DNA of 20,000 nucleotides from positions 170,339-190,338 of the forward strand of contig CAJNYD010000293.1 of assembly GCA_905331295.1 (NCBI GenBank), in the 5' to 3' direction. Below, piece after piece: positions 1 through 10,516 of the stretch. A model generated the notes under the pieces. The model was not told where the DNA came from, did no database searches, and saw only the letters and a list, made by a program, of their open reading frames with translations. The position numbers and the translations under genes are program-made. Every line of letters begins with the position of its first letter. Position 1 is the first letter of the stretch. The stretch is from Rotaria socialis (lineage: Eukaryota).

Positions 1-144
1 TGTTGAATTACTAGCCTCTTTAATGGGGAGTTGTTAGACATACGCGTGCCGTACAAATGAACACGGCTTGTACACGCACGTACATGTGGCGAGACGCGTA
101 CCAAGCGCATAAAGCGTGTTGTGCGCGTACTAGTAGCGTTCTAG

Positions 145-693
145 TTGGCTTGGGGAGGTGACACCTTATTATCGCCTAATTTTTCATTGGTTCGCACGTT
201 ACCTCTCGATAATGTTGACTTACACAGCTTTCGTTTTTCTGAAGCAACTATACGTGTAACTATTCCTACACATTATATCATTTTGATAAATAATATTTGC
301 TGTTTAAATAATTGTTTATTTACATTAAATATTCGTTCCATTCATATTTCACTTTACTCATCATCAAATATTGTCGATATCAATTGGAATTCATTACATG
401 TATTGTCGTTACTTCCATTGTTAAAATCACTACGCATTGTTGTATATAATGAAAAAAAGATTCTCGATAGCAAAGATTGTCAAATAATCGTCGAAATATT
501 GTCGATGCTCAACAACTTTGCCTTTTGTTTTCGAACAAATAATGATTATTGTAGAGATACTGCTATTGATATCTATGACGTCTATGGTAAATCAATAGTC
601 AACTTGCGCCATCATATATTTACTTATTTACTTGATCAACAATTTGATATCATTATCGAGTCCGATGGCTGCGGACTAGCTGTGTGGTTGTGA
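145..693 (+). CDS. Probable 3' exon or fragment of an uncharacterised protein with weak LRR-like character; true 5' end not identified
   Basis: 182-codon stop-free frame in very AT-rich DNA. It has LRR-like leucine patterns (LFTLNI, LPLLKSLRIVV) and ends in IIIESDGCGLAVWL*. The start is TTG rather than ATG, so the frame is probably spliced or truncated upstream. Confidence 0.4.
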   Translation: MAWGGDTLLSPNFSLVRTLPLDNVDLHSFRFSEATIRVTIPTHYIILINNICCLNNCLFTLNIRSIHISLYSSSNIVDINWNSLHVLSLLPLLKSLRIVVYNEKKILDSKDCQIIVEILSMLNNFAFCFRTNNDYCRDTAIDIYDVYGKSIVNLRHHIFTYLLDQQFDIIIESDGCGLAVWL

Positions 694-2452
694 TTGATAA
701 ATATGTAGAATATATTTATTCATAATAGTTGTCGAATTTAATATTATAATTATGAATATAAGTTCATGCTTAGGCGTTTGATGATTATTTACTTTTTCTG
801 AAAACACAGATATGACTATCAACAAAATAAGCATGAGTGAGACAATGAGATATAATTTGACTAATATTATTTCTTTTAAAATAAAATATTGTCAACGGTT
901 TCTCTGAAACATTCAAAAATTGAACCGGTTAGTCAATTGTTATTTATGGCATTCGAAAGAGCATAGTAACAACGAAATTTTGTTCATATAAGACTATGAG
1001 CGGCGGAGCCACTGGACTTGGGGAGGCTCAAATGTTAAAAAATATTTTAGACGTAATCGCGAGTTTACGCCTTATTAGCGAAAACTGAACAAACGTTGAC
1101 TCGTGTTTTTTTCTGAATGGTATATCCAGTCAAATGTTAGATAGTTCATATATATCGCTATATTTTTATGATCATAAACATTTATCTCTGCTTCAGTTTT
1201 TCAACAACAATTTGAAGTAATAGACGAACACGAATCTTTTGGCAGACAAAATCTTTACTAGATAGTGTGGAAGCAGTATATTCACTAATGTTCACGTAGT
1301 TAGTGCGAATATATTATCAATTAATTTAACTGACCGCATTAAAACTCCTTGTTTATAACATGTAACGAAGATAGAGAATGTAGATAATATATACAAAAGA
1401 ATTGAAATCATTAGTGACGTATCAAACATTTGGTTTTAATAATAATTTAATAAGTTAGAAGTGCTAAAAAGACCAGTGAAAGTACAATCATTTTGGTGAA
1501 GTAGCAATAAAGCACTCAGATGATGATTTCATTCAATTTGTCTTATCGAATAAAAGACGTCTAAATTTAGTTGTTTTCACGTATTGCTTCACCATTAGTG
1601 TTTTATTATAAAACGATCTGTGCATTTACAGTTAAATTTTCCGAATTACATAAGAATACTCTAATCTCTATTCTTTTTAATAGTCATTTGATAAACAAAT
1701 AACGTTTTCTTAACAGAGAAAAAAGAATTTTATAATGTTTAAGACAAGAATAGCAAAAAAAGTCTTTTTTAGATTAACAAAAATGCCTGTGTCAGTTGTG
1801 AAAATCTGTTTTAGATGCCACATTTATAGAGAAATGGATTTTCTCATTGTTAGAATTTTCTTTTGGATTTAATATTAATAAACAAAAAAGTGCTATTTAT
1901 TTTTGTATGAACATATTTTTATTTGCTGATTTTCGAACTAAAACAAATATGTTAAACAATGAATTGTTTCTTTGATAGTTTTGATTATCACAAAGCAATT
2001 TTCTTTGAATCAATGTTTTATATAGATCCTTTCTTTCTTTCGTTTGATATTCTATAGTCAATAAGATGTACATACCCAAAGAAGGCAATCAATACTAAAT
2101 GAAAGTTACATCATCGGAGGGTGTTGGTGTAACTGAAGAGACGAGTCGCAGCCGCATTCTCAATTAGATAAGTAGAAGTGTAATAAAGCAACAAACTATG
2201 TATAAAGGCACTTGTCTGCCTTAGTGAATGATAGAATGCTGGATTAACGTAATCGTATCTCTGATCAACACATATTTTGCTATGCAACAACATAGAAACT
2301 TTCTCTATTGTCGCTTCGATGTAATACTGCTCTTCCTTATTGTCTTTGAGTTTGATCCAGGCCTATCAATCTATCGTTGAGAAGTTCCTACAGAATAACA
2401 TTTCAATTATCATGCTTTCTGATATTTTTGACTTTTTGTTTTCAAATAACTG

Positions 2453-3371
2453 TAGATATATTTTGAGCATATCAAAACTAGTCTCGTCAACGCGCTATTT
2501 CCGTATATAAAACTTAAAGAAATTTCATTTTTTTATGCAATGATAGAGAAAAAGATGCTCTATTCTTCTATTATATTTCATCACTATTCAACTAATATTA
2601 TAACTACAAAATTTCAATAAGATCTGTTTCATTCACATCTGCGATCGTAACATGAATACCCGTGAGTATTTTTCCAATAACGTTTAACAAAAACAGGATA
2701 GAGAATGGTGATTTTCACCGTTAGAAGGAGGAGATGAAGACGCATCGAATCATATATTGTAGGTTTTTCTAATGTGGCTTCTCAAAGGTTTTTTTGTTCC
2801 ATTTTCTAACCGTCGGAAAGATACTTTTCTTATGAAAAAAGAAAAAGCAAACAAGTTGCTAGAAAATCGTAGTAGAGTTTCAGATAGAATCTATAGTATC
2901 TCTGAATAATTATATTTAAACATCTCGGCCTCTCACAGTTTGTGAATTTGCGATTAGCGGTTTGCATACGCACCTGATTCTTGAAAATAAACGGTAAACA
3001 ACTCATGGTATGTGTTTGTTCTGTAGAAAGCCAATTGACTACTTTACAAGAAAAGCAGGCCAGGAAATTCTGTAATATATACGAATCGATGTATCTTCAT
3101 TTTCGATTTACAACGGTGAAAACCGTAGGTCTCTATCTTGTTACTGTCAAAAGTTATTCAAAACATGCGTGCATTCATATAACCGCCACATTTCATCACA
3201 AACAACTCTGTCGAAATTTTATAACCATGATATTAGCTGAATAGTGATAAACTAGCATAGAAAAATAGAGCATCGTTTTCTCTATTATTGCATTAAAAAA
3301 GTTCCCTCAAGTCTTCTATACGGAAATAAGATAATGACGACACTACTTTTGGTATGCCGTAAGGATATGTA
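2453..3371. mobile_element. Non-autonomous TIR element (MITE), ~0.9 kb, with ~170-bp imperfect terminal inverted repeats flanked by TA (Tc1/mariner-like)
   Basis: The left arm ~2453-2629 (tagatatattttgagcatatcaaaactagtctcgtcaacgcgctatttccgtata...) is the reverse complement of the right arm ~3200-3371 (...tatacggaaataagataatgacgacactacttttggtatgccgtaaggatatgta). No coding capacity is evident. Confidence 0.75.
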
Positions 3372-4290
3372 TATCGACTGATGATGGGCCTCTTTTGAAA
3401 TATTTTTGTCAGTTAATTATTTAGCAGCATATGAAAACCGAATAATTCTTAATTAGAATATTATCTTTCCAAAAACATATTTTCAATAATTGAGTCGATG
3501 CCATCGAATAATAACTCTTTTAATGATTGATGTTTTAATTGCCTATTAACCAATTTTTAAAAATGACTTGACATTTTGTTCATATTATTTATTTTCTAAT
3601 AAAATATTTTCGAGAATTTGGTGCGTGTTGCTTTAGAATATAATTGAAATTTTTAATTTACTTTCTAATAGACTACGAAGCTATTTCTGAAAAGAGATTA
3701 GCATACGGAAGATTTTTGAAAAGTGACCACTATATAAACGATGATGTGAGAGATAATGAACATGAACTCTCTTACATTATTTTAATTCATTGTAGTATTA
3801 AAAAAGAACAAATATCAATGCGTGCTTTTATTTTTTTTTCTAATTTAAAAGCATTTTCTTTTAAATGAAAACAGCACGTTCTGATAATTCATGAACATGC
3901 AAATGATGTTTGTGCAGTTGTTTTATTCATTATTCATCTCCAGCTGCATTATCTTGCTCATCGACATTTGGCTTCAATCTAAATAGAAAATTGAATAGTT
4001 AAAAGCAATCAGATATAGAAGGCCGAACTCACTCAACTACAACATTGTTTTCAGTAAATTTCCTTTTTAATACATTTCGTTTACTACTTATAACATTGTT
4101 CTCGTAATACATAATACCGATTTTTCGTTCCACTGCTGCACACACCGGATGACAAGTCTAAAACAAAAAGAATAGTTGAATTTCTGTGCATATCGAAATC
4201 TATAGATGCTACCTTATTTTCTATGTAAACTAGCCACCTATGTATACAATGCCGAAATTTATTTTGGACTCTCCAACAAATTATAGTAGC

Positions 4291-5288
4291 CATGGGCGGC
4301 GCAAGCTAAAGTTTCTAGGGGTAGCAATAAGTTTATTAAACCGATAATGTTTAATCAATTTTCTATGTGCTAAAGAAATAGTTTTGCATCAAATAGCAAA
4401 CAATAAAAGCAAACCTTTTTACAGAAATTGCTAGAAAAATCGCTTACGGCTTCTACTAGAATATCTATGATTCCAGAATAATAAATTCTAAACATGTCAA
4501 CTCTTTTTGCTGTTGTATAGATCTTTCATTAACGGTTTGAATGCACACGTGATAATAGAAAATTCGCTGCACATAACTCGCGAAGTAGATTTATTTTGAA
4601 AGAAGACTGAAAAATCTTAAGAAAATCAGAATGAAAAAACCTATAATATACGATTCGATACATCTTTATGTCCTCTTTTAAACTGTGAAGACCACAGCTC
4701 TCTATCTTGTTCCAATGAAAAGTTACTCAAAAAGTACTCACTTGGCCTTTTTTAATATAATTAGTGCTACTGTCGCATTTTATAGAAAAAGAACAGTTCT
4801 TATGCAGGCTTTTTAATTTTGATATTAAGTGAAGATTGATCAAGTGCCGTAGAAAAAAAAGAGCATTGTTTTCTCTATCACTATATGAAAAAAGAAAATT
4901 GTTTCAAGCTTTCTATACGGAAATACAGTATTGACAACACTACTTTTGGACTGTTCGTAGTACATCATAAAAAAATCGAATTGAATATAAAACAGCGGAA
5001 ATTAATCAAGAGTTTCTTTGTATCAGGAAAGGAAGCGAAAAAATAGTCTTTGTTTCTCCAACCATGTAATGCAAACCGACATCAAACTTGACACAAATAA
5101 ATTTCAGACATACATGATGAAAGTAGAGCCTCAGAAGAAAATAAAGCAAAGCTCATCGTGTATAAGCGTTCTTCTAACAATTATCGAAATGTGTATTATT
5201 AGGGGTAGCAATAGCTTTTTATTGCTACCCTTAAATTTCCATAGGGGTAGCAATTGATACCCCTCGCATAGCTGGCGCGCCGCCTATG
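4291..5288. mobile_element. Non-autonomous hAT-superfamily DNA transposon
   Basis: Perfect 8-bp TSD ATAGTAGC at 4283-4290 and 5289-5296. TIRs CATGGGCGGCGC and GCGCCGCCTATG match at 11/12. The subterminal motif AGGGGTAGCAAT occurs at 4317, 5201 and 5243, with inverted copies at 5221 and 5253. Confidence 0.9.
4406..4968. mobile_element. Diverged partial second copy of the 2453-3371 MITE family (internal part plus right TIR), lying inside the hAT element
   Basis: Collinear direct similarity to ~2843-3371, with shared blocks ttgctagaaaa, tctctatcttgtt..aaaagtta.tcaaaa, gagcat.gttttctctat and ctatacggaaata...acactacttttgg. Boundaries are approximate. Confidence 0.75.
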
Positions 5289-6498
5289 ATAGTAGCTAAT
5301 CTTATAAAGATATGGCATAATTGATCAAATATCATTTGATATATGGTTGATCCCAAGAGTTTAAAACACTTTTATTACTTTCGTGTTTTCTTTGAAAAGA
5401 AAGAAAGTAAAAGACGTACTTTGAGTGCCATATAAAGTTAGAATCAAGGTCTACACAAGTCACCTATCCTTGACATAATTAATTGTAGTGTAACGAAAAA
5501 GAAGTAATTTCAATTTTTCTCTAGGAGGCAAAAGTTTAAGAAACTTTTCGTATTTTGTCGATTACGTCATTATCAAAAAAGCAGAGACATTTGCCGAAGA
5601 TATAGCATTATACGCAGCATTGAAGAAGCTACATTAAGGTAAAAAACACTTTTGAAAAATTATTCCTTATAATAATTTCTAAAACTTCTTAATTAGAGAA
5701 ATGTTTTGTTGTTAATTTGCATCTTCAAGTCTATCCGTAGAAAGAGTATTGAAAACTGAATAACACTGTATTTTTGTTTTGTAATAACACTATGTGACAG
5801 GACTGTTTTGAACACTAATTAAAATTTAATCAATACTCTAATAATAATTAAGAAAACTGCTGAGGAAAGATCATTAACGTAACTGATAAATCGCTTTTAT
5901 GTAGGGACAATGTGTAGCATGCAGGTTCTAATGAGTAGTGAATTTCTTGATAAGATTTCGGGCTTTTAACTTATTGCTGCTGAAAAACTACATTTTTACG
6001 GTATTTGTTTTTCATGAATGATTTCCTTGCCTTCAAAGACACCGAGAAAACTCATTAGCGAATTTTGACTTGCAATCTTCTATAGAGACCTTAACGGGAG
6101 TAGTTTATTATGAAAATTTCAGATCTTTTTGTTGTTCCTATCCAAAGATACAGTTATGACAAAAGAGTGTCTTCGCTATGGCTAACATATACTAGAAACA
6201 AAGCACGCAATCAGCAATGTCACACGCTACTACCAGGTTAAATTGTTTTTTTTTATTCTTTAGTCTAGCATCATATCAATAATTTGATATGGTTTCATTT
6301 GTAATTAAATCATCGATAGGTCTCTTTATGCATGTTAAATATAGGTTCAAATACCCGATTTTTATTTTGCCATCGATAATAGATCCCCACAAGTCCATTC
6401 ATAAGCATAAAAGAATTTACCCGATCGAATTCATGAAGTTAGTTTAATTATATTGCTCAGTTCTGCTCAACGAGAAGTTCAGCAAATTCAGATACTCA

Positions 6499-6988
6499 CT
6501 ATAACTGATCATCGTTTTCTTTTAATAAAGCGATTGTCGATCTTTTGTCCATTCCTTCTTCAGAAAGGTCACAATAGATACTACCGGTAGTAACTGACAA
6601 CAAACACTAGGAAAACAAATTACTGCTTTCAATTAATAGAATCTTTTAAACAAATGTCAACGTGTTACTGTATTAAAAAGCAAATTTTGATCACTACGAC
6701 CGCATGTATTCGATGCAGCTACTGAATTACCAATTGATTCCTAGGCGAATTAAAGAAAGAAAAACATCAAGTAAAATAAAAAGCAACACAACATACCATG
6801 CTTTGGTGACTTTTTTCTTTGATGTGAATATCAACTGGTGTTGACTGGGCACAAGTACATATAGCTACTAATTGACCGTTCTCTACAATAATATTCTTTG
6901 AAAGACAACTTTGACACGTGTAATGTCCACACCATAAGATAATTAAATTTATATTTGTACTCCAACATCGATTACACATTTGACTCAT
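6499..6988 (-). CDS. Small spliced RING-finger (C3HC4-like) protein, ~123-126 aa; exons 6988-6797, 6740-6669, 6606-6500
   Basis: The N-terminus has the pattern C-x2-C-x11-C-x-H-x2-C-x2-C-x15-C-x-C. Introns 6796-6741 (56 nt, GTATGT..TAG) and 6668-6607 (62 nt, GTAACA..TAG) join three stop-free in-frame exons. The gene ends at TAG 6501-6499, or via a further GTGAGT intron to a tiny last exon near 6190. An acceptor-like TTTTGTAG lies 15 nt upstream of the ATG. Confidence 0.7.
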
Positions 6989-7649
6989 ATTTGCATCGAC
7001 GATCTACAAAATAAAACATTTCTAAAAGTAGAAAATCATTATTTGGTATATGAAAGTATATAAATGAAACCGTCTATTTCGAAGTAGTAAATATCTTAGA
7101 CGATTCTCTACGAAGGAGAATGATTACTTGTTGAAACATTATGTGTGCACATGGCTATTTACATGTAAAATGGCTGGCTGACTATCCTCGCGTTAAGGCT
7201 ACTGTTTGTTTATTTACTTCCTTCCTGCCGTCTATCACTTTCTTACTTGGGACCTATTTATGCTTTTGACATAATCTTTATTGGATAGTTGAATGCAAAG
7301 GATAAACAATGGATTTGACGTTTTTTCTCTCTTTTGAATTGAAAAGCTATGTATCTCTTACTCTTTCTAACGAAAATAATTAGTATCTATAACGAAGTAA
7401 GTATTACTAGAAAAAAAATAATGTAAATGAATTTGCTCCTTTTTTATTTGTATGATTAAGATATGATAAATTTTATTTCTAAAGACCACTTTGTCAACTT
7501 ACAACGGAAGGTAGCTTACTGTACGTTAAGGAAATTGATCATATTTAGGTCCAATGAATGCTCTGACTATCAAACTAACTAATTTAAAATAAGAGTTATC
7601 TACAGCGTACACTGTAAAAAAAATAGGTGTTCTACCGAACTTTGAAGGT

Positions 7650-8900
7650 TTGGTACTATTTTACGAAACGATTTTAAGTTCCGTGGCATCAAAATAGCTT
7701 CGGAACTTTCATGCAGAACCTTTTTAAGTTCCGAAAGTTGGAAAGGGTTTTGAAGTTTTACTACGAAACCATCTAGAAGTTTCATTGAGCGTGAACCGAA
7801 CTTTTGATAGTTTCGTATTCGTCATACAAAACCATTAGGAGTTCTGAACAGCATATAAAAGTTCCGCATAAGTTCTCCGAAACCATTCAGGGTTGCGTAA
7901 GTCCAGTAAAGGTTCTGGACACATTCTACGAAACTATTTCCGGTTCCGTCAAAGAAATACTGAACCATTGTATCATTTATGAAGCAGTGAATAGTTCCGT
8001 ACGATCTATGCTGAACTATTTTATGTTTTACGAAACGAATGAGAGTTTCGTTTAACAAGGAAAGGTTCCGTGTATCTTATACGAATCTATGGAAAGTTTT
8101 GCGAAGCATTTAAAGGTTCAGCATACATTACACGAAACCATTTACACTTTCGTAAATGATATAATAGTTCAGTATACCCAGGTGAATCAATCCGACACCG
8201 AGTCCCATTGGATTCTATGGGGTCCTACCATCCGACGAAATCCCGTTGAATTCTTAGTTGAGAAATCAATGTCGGATCCGACAATCGTATTTCCAATGAT
8301 ATCCGATTGTCGGAACCAATGAAATCCGAAGCCTTCCGGTTCCGATTGACGGTTACTGTCGGATTTTATTAGTTTCCGATATTAGGATCCGATATCGATT
8401 CCGGAACCAGGAATCCGACGATAATCCGATAGTTTTCTTGCGCCTTCCGAAGAGCTCCGTCGGATTCCAATAGGAACCGATCGGAACTCATCGGATCCTA
8501 GCCTAGGATTCATTCTCCTGGGATATCTTTTGCAAAACCATGGCTAGTTTCGTGGAATATGTTCGGACCGATTAGAGCCTTTAAACAACTATGAATGGTT
8601 TCGTAGAGCTTATCCGGAACTTTTAGATACTCTATAACACTGGCAAAAGTTTCGTAGTATGTCTACTGAACCTTCAGACAACTGGACGAAACCGTTAATG
8701 GTTCCGCAAAAGATATTCAAAACCAATTTATGCCTTTCGAAGTAATTAATAGTTTCGTAAAGTGGATGCAAAACCTTTGCAACCCTTATAGAGACATGCA
8801 TGGTTTCGTAACAAATATACGAAACCATCATTCGTATTATATAATTCGCATAAATCATATATCTGGCTTTCGAAACTATCTATAGTTTGAAATATGTGTA
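7650..8900. repeat. Degenerate ~51-bp subterminal repeat array with internal dyads (ACGAAAC-N-GTTTCGT)
   Basis: Units of the form aggttc-N-acgaaacc-N-gtttcgt recur at ~8063, ~8114 and ~8165 (51-nt spacing), and elsewhere in both orientations. Confidence 0.65.
8177..8522. mobile_element. 346-bp CCCAG-ended MITE nested in the 51-bp repeat array
   Basis: TIRs CCCAGGTGAATCAATCC and GGATTCATTCTCCTGGG match at 15/17. A 3-bp TSD ATA flanks both sides. The interior is packed with TCCGA/TCGGA motifs. Removing the element and one ATA restores the register of the host repeat unit. Confidence 0.85.
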
Positions 8901-9063
8901 ACAAACCTTAAAATTAGTGGTGAAACTCCTAATGCTTTCCTACACTGTATACGAAAGCATGAACACAAACGAAAAAGAATCATAGTGTACTCATCTGTCT
9001 TTCGATTCTTTTTTCTGAAAGATTGTTAACGCGTTTTTTAAGGCGCTTGTCTGAATGGAAATT

Positions 9064-9244
9064 GTAATAAACCCTTTTTGGGTATGGGACAAAAGTAATA
9101 AACCATTTTTGGGTATGGGACAAAAGTAATAAACCCTTTTTTGGGTATGGGACAAAAGTAATATACCCTTTGAAGGGTTTATGAAAGTGCAACGTATCAT
9201 AAACCCTTTAAGGGTATATTAATATACGGTTTTTATTTACAGTG
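9064..9244. repeat. Three tandem 31-32 bp repeats plus a hairpin, ending in a second CACTG-type terminus (right end of another transposon family)
   Basis: GTAATAAACCCTTTTTGGGTATGGGACAAAA occurs three times (9064-9157). An inverted repeat taatataccctttgaagggtttatga / tcataaaccctttaagggtatatta spans 9159-9221. The terminus is TTTTTATTTACAGTG|TA at 9244. Confidence 0.75.
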
Positions 9245-9417
9245 TAGTTGTCATGTTAGTTTATTAGTCCAAAAAACTGGTTATTTGTTTGCTGTGGATG
9301 AGTTCGCATACTTGATACGGAGGTAAGTTTATGGTTTTTGTCGGTTCTTTTTTTGAGCAAGACTTATTCACGGGTTTGAAGTAAACAATATTTTTTCTTT
9401 CGTGTCTAAAGAGGGAG

Positions 9418-10330
9418 CCCTAGGAAGGGATGCATGGTTTTCAAGTTGAGCTGCCGTACATATCGTCGATTTCAGTGAGATAAGGAGAACCCCTGAAGGA
9501 TGCCTTTCGTTAGTTCTTCCTTCGATAGTTATCCTCATGTTATCAAAATTTCAGTGAAATGCCAAGGAGGAAACCTTTGTAGCTGTCGAATTGGTTTGAG
9601 TTTGAGCCCAGTTTGTCAAATAGATCTTAGTGAAATATAAAAAGCTCGGAATGAACGATGACTCATAAGCCTTCTATAGAAAGTTGCAGACTTTTTCTTG
9701 AATTTTAACCTATAGTGTGGCTGATATCAATGAAATGAATGAGACTATTTCTATTTGAGATTTCATGAAGAGAGTAATTGACTTATCAGGGAAATGTTTC
9801 AAAGGTTCTTTTCAAAAGCACACACCTGTTCCAGAGTTTTTAAAGTTCAACAATACCACTAGTGTCTAAAAAAGGATGATGAAATGTGGTATTTTTCGTG
9901 AACTTTGCTATCCCTAGGAAATATTCATTCTTGTGAAATAAACCTTTTGGGACATTTTCCTGATAAACCAATTCTTCTCTTCATGAAACCTCAAATAGAA
10001 ATAGTCTCATTCAATTCGCTGATATCTGTGACACTAGGTTAAAATTCACGAAAATGTCTGCAACTTTCTACAGAAGACTGATGACCCATCGTTCATTTCG
10101 AGCTTTTTATATTTCACTAAGATCTATCTGACAAAGTGGGCTCAAACTCAAAATCAATTCGACAGCTACAAAGGTTTCCACCTTGGCATTTCACTGAAAT
10201 TTTGATAACATAAGGATAACTTTCGAACGAAGAACTAACGAAAGCCATCCTTCAGGGGTTTGTCTTATCTCACTGAAATCGACCATATGTACGGCAGCTC
10301 AACTCGAAAACCATGCATCACTTCCAAGGG
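9418..10330. mobile_element. Foldback element / long palindrome with ~390-400 bp inverted arms and a ~110-130 bp spacer
   Basis: 9418-~9810 is the reverse complement of ~9935-10330 over its whole length, with scattered substitutions (e.g. gttgagctgccgtacatat / atatgtacggcagctcaac; tgttatcaaaatttcagtgaaatgccaagg / ccttggcatttcactgaaattttgataaca). No TSD was identified. Confidence 0.85.
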
Positions 10331-10516
10331 GTTTTTCATCAGATAAATATGATTCGGAAAGTTTTATACGAAACCATGTGTACGAAACCATTTTTTCCAT
10401 TTACCAAGAAGAAGTTCCATAGGGAACCTTTTTTCTACGAAACCTAAAAAGGATTTGACCGTGTGCCCGTGCTCAGATCCTTTTTTAGTTCCGTGGAAAA
10501 CCTTTTTTTTACAGTG

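Larger units (their letters stand above)
7610..10516. mobile_element. CACTG-ended (CACTA/CMC-like) non-autonomous transposon or composite with nested insertions
   Basis: The left end CACTGTAAAAAAAATAGGTGTTCTACCGAACT (7610) matches the reverse complement of the right end CACTGTAAAAAAAAGGTTTTCCACGGAACT (10516). Both subterminal regions are rich in ACGAAACC and GTTCCG motifs. The flanks (TA and CG) give no TSD, so it may be a rearranged composite. Confidence 0.7.

Noticed and set aside
996..1030. TATGAGCGGCGGAGCC..GGGGAGGCTC resembling a hAT left end
   Set aside because: No matching right TIR or TSD was found; at most a degenerate remnant.
1897..4293. Short ORFs of 60-87 aa between 1.9 and 4.3 kb, as possible transposase remnants
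   Set aside because: No DDE, zinc-finger or other motif is recognisable; several lie within MITE sequence and their lengths are compatible with chance.
5525..5638. Exon-like segment (TTTTCTCTAG...AAG|GTAAAA) with one open frame
   Set aside because: No convincing neighbouring exons or protein similarity could be established by eye.
7600..8858. Cluster of 61-83 aa ORFs with repeated YET..FV motifs
   Set aside because: Explained by the 51-bp DNA repeat; the motifs occur on both strands and the cluster is interrupted by a MITE.
9064..9157. 31-bp repeats as a possible CRISPR array
   Set aside because: Head-to-tail repeats with no spacers, no cas genes and a eukaryotic context. ORFs 8980-9200 are translations of the repeat.
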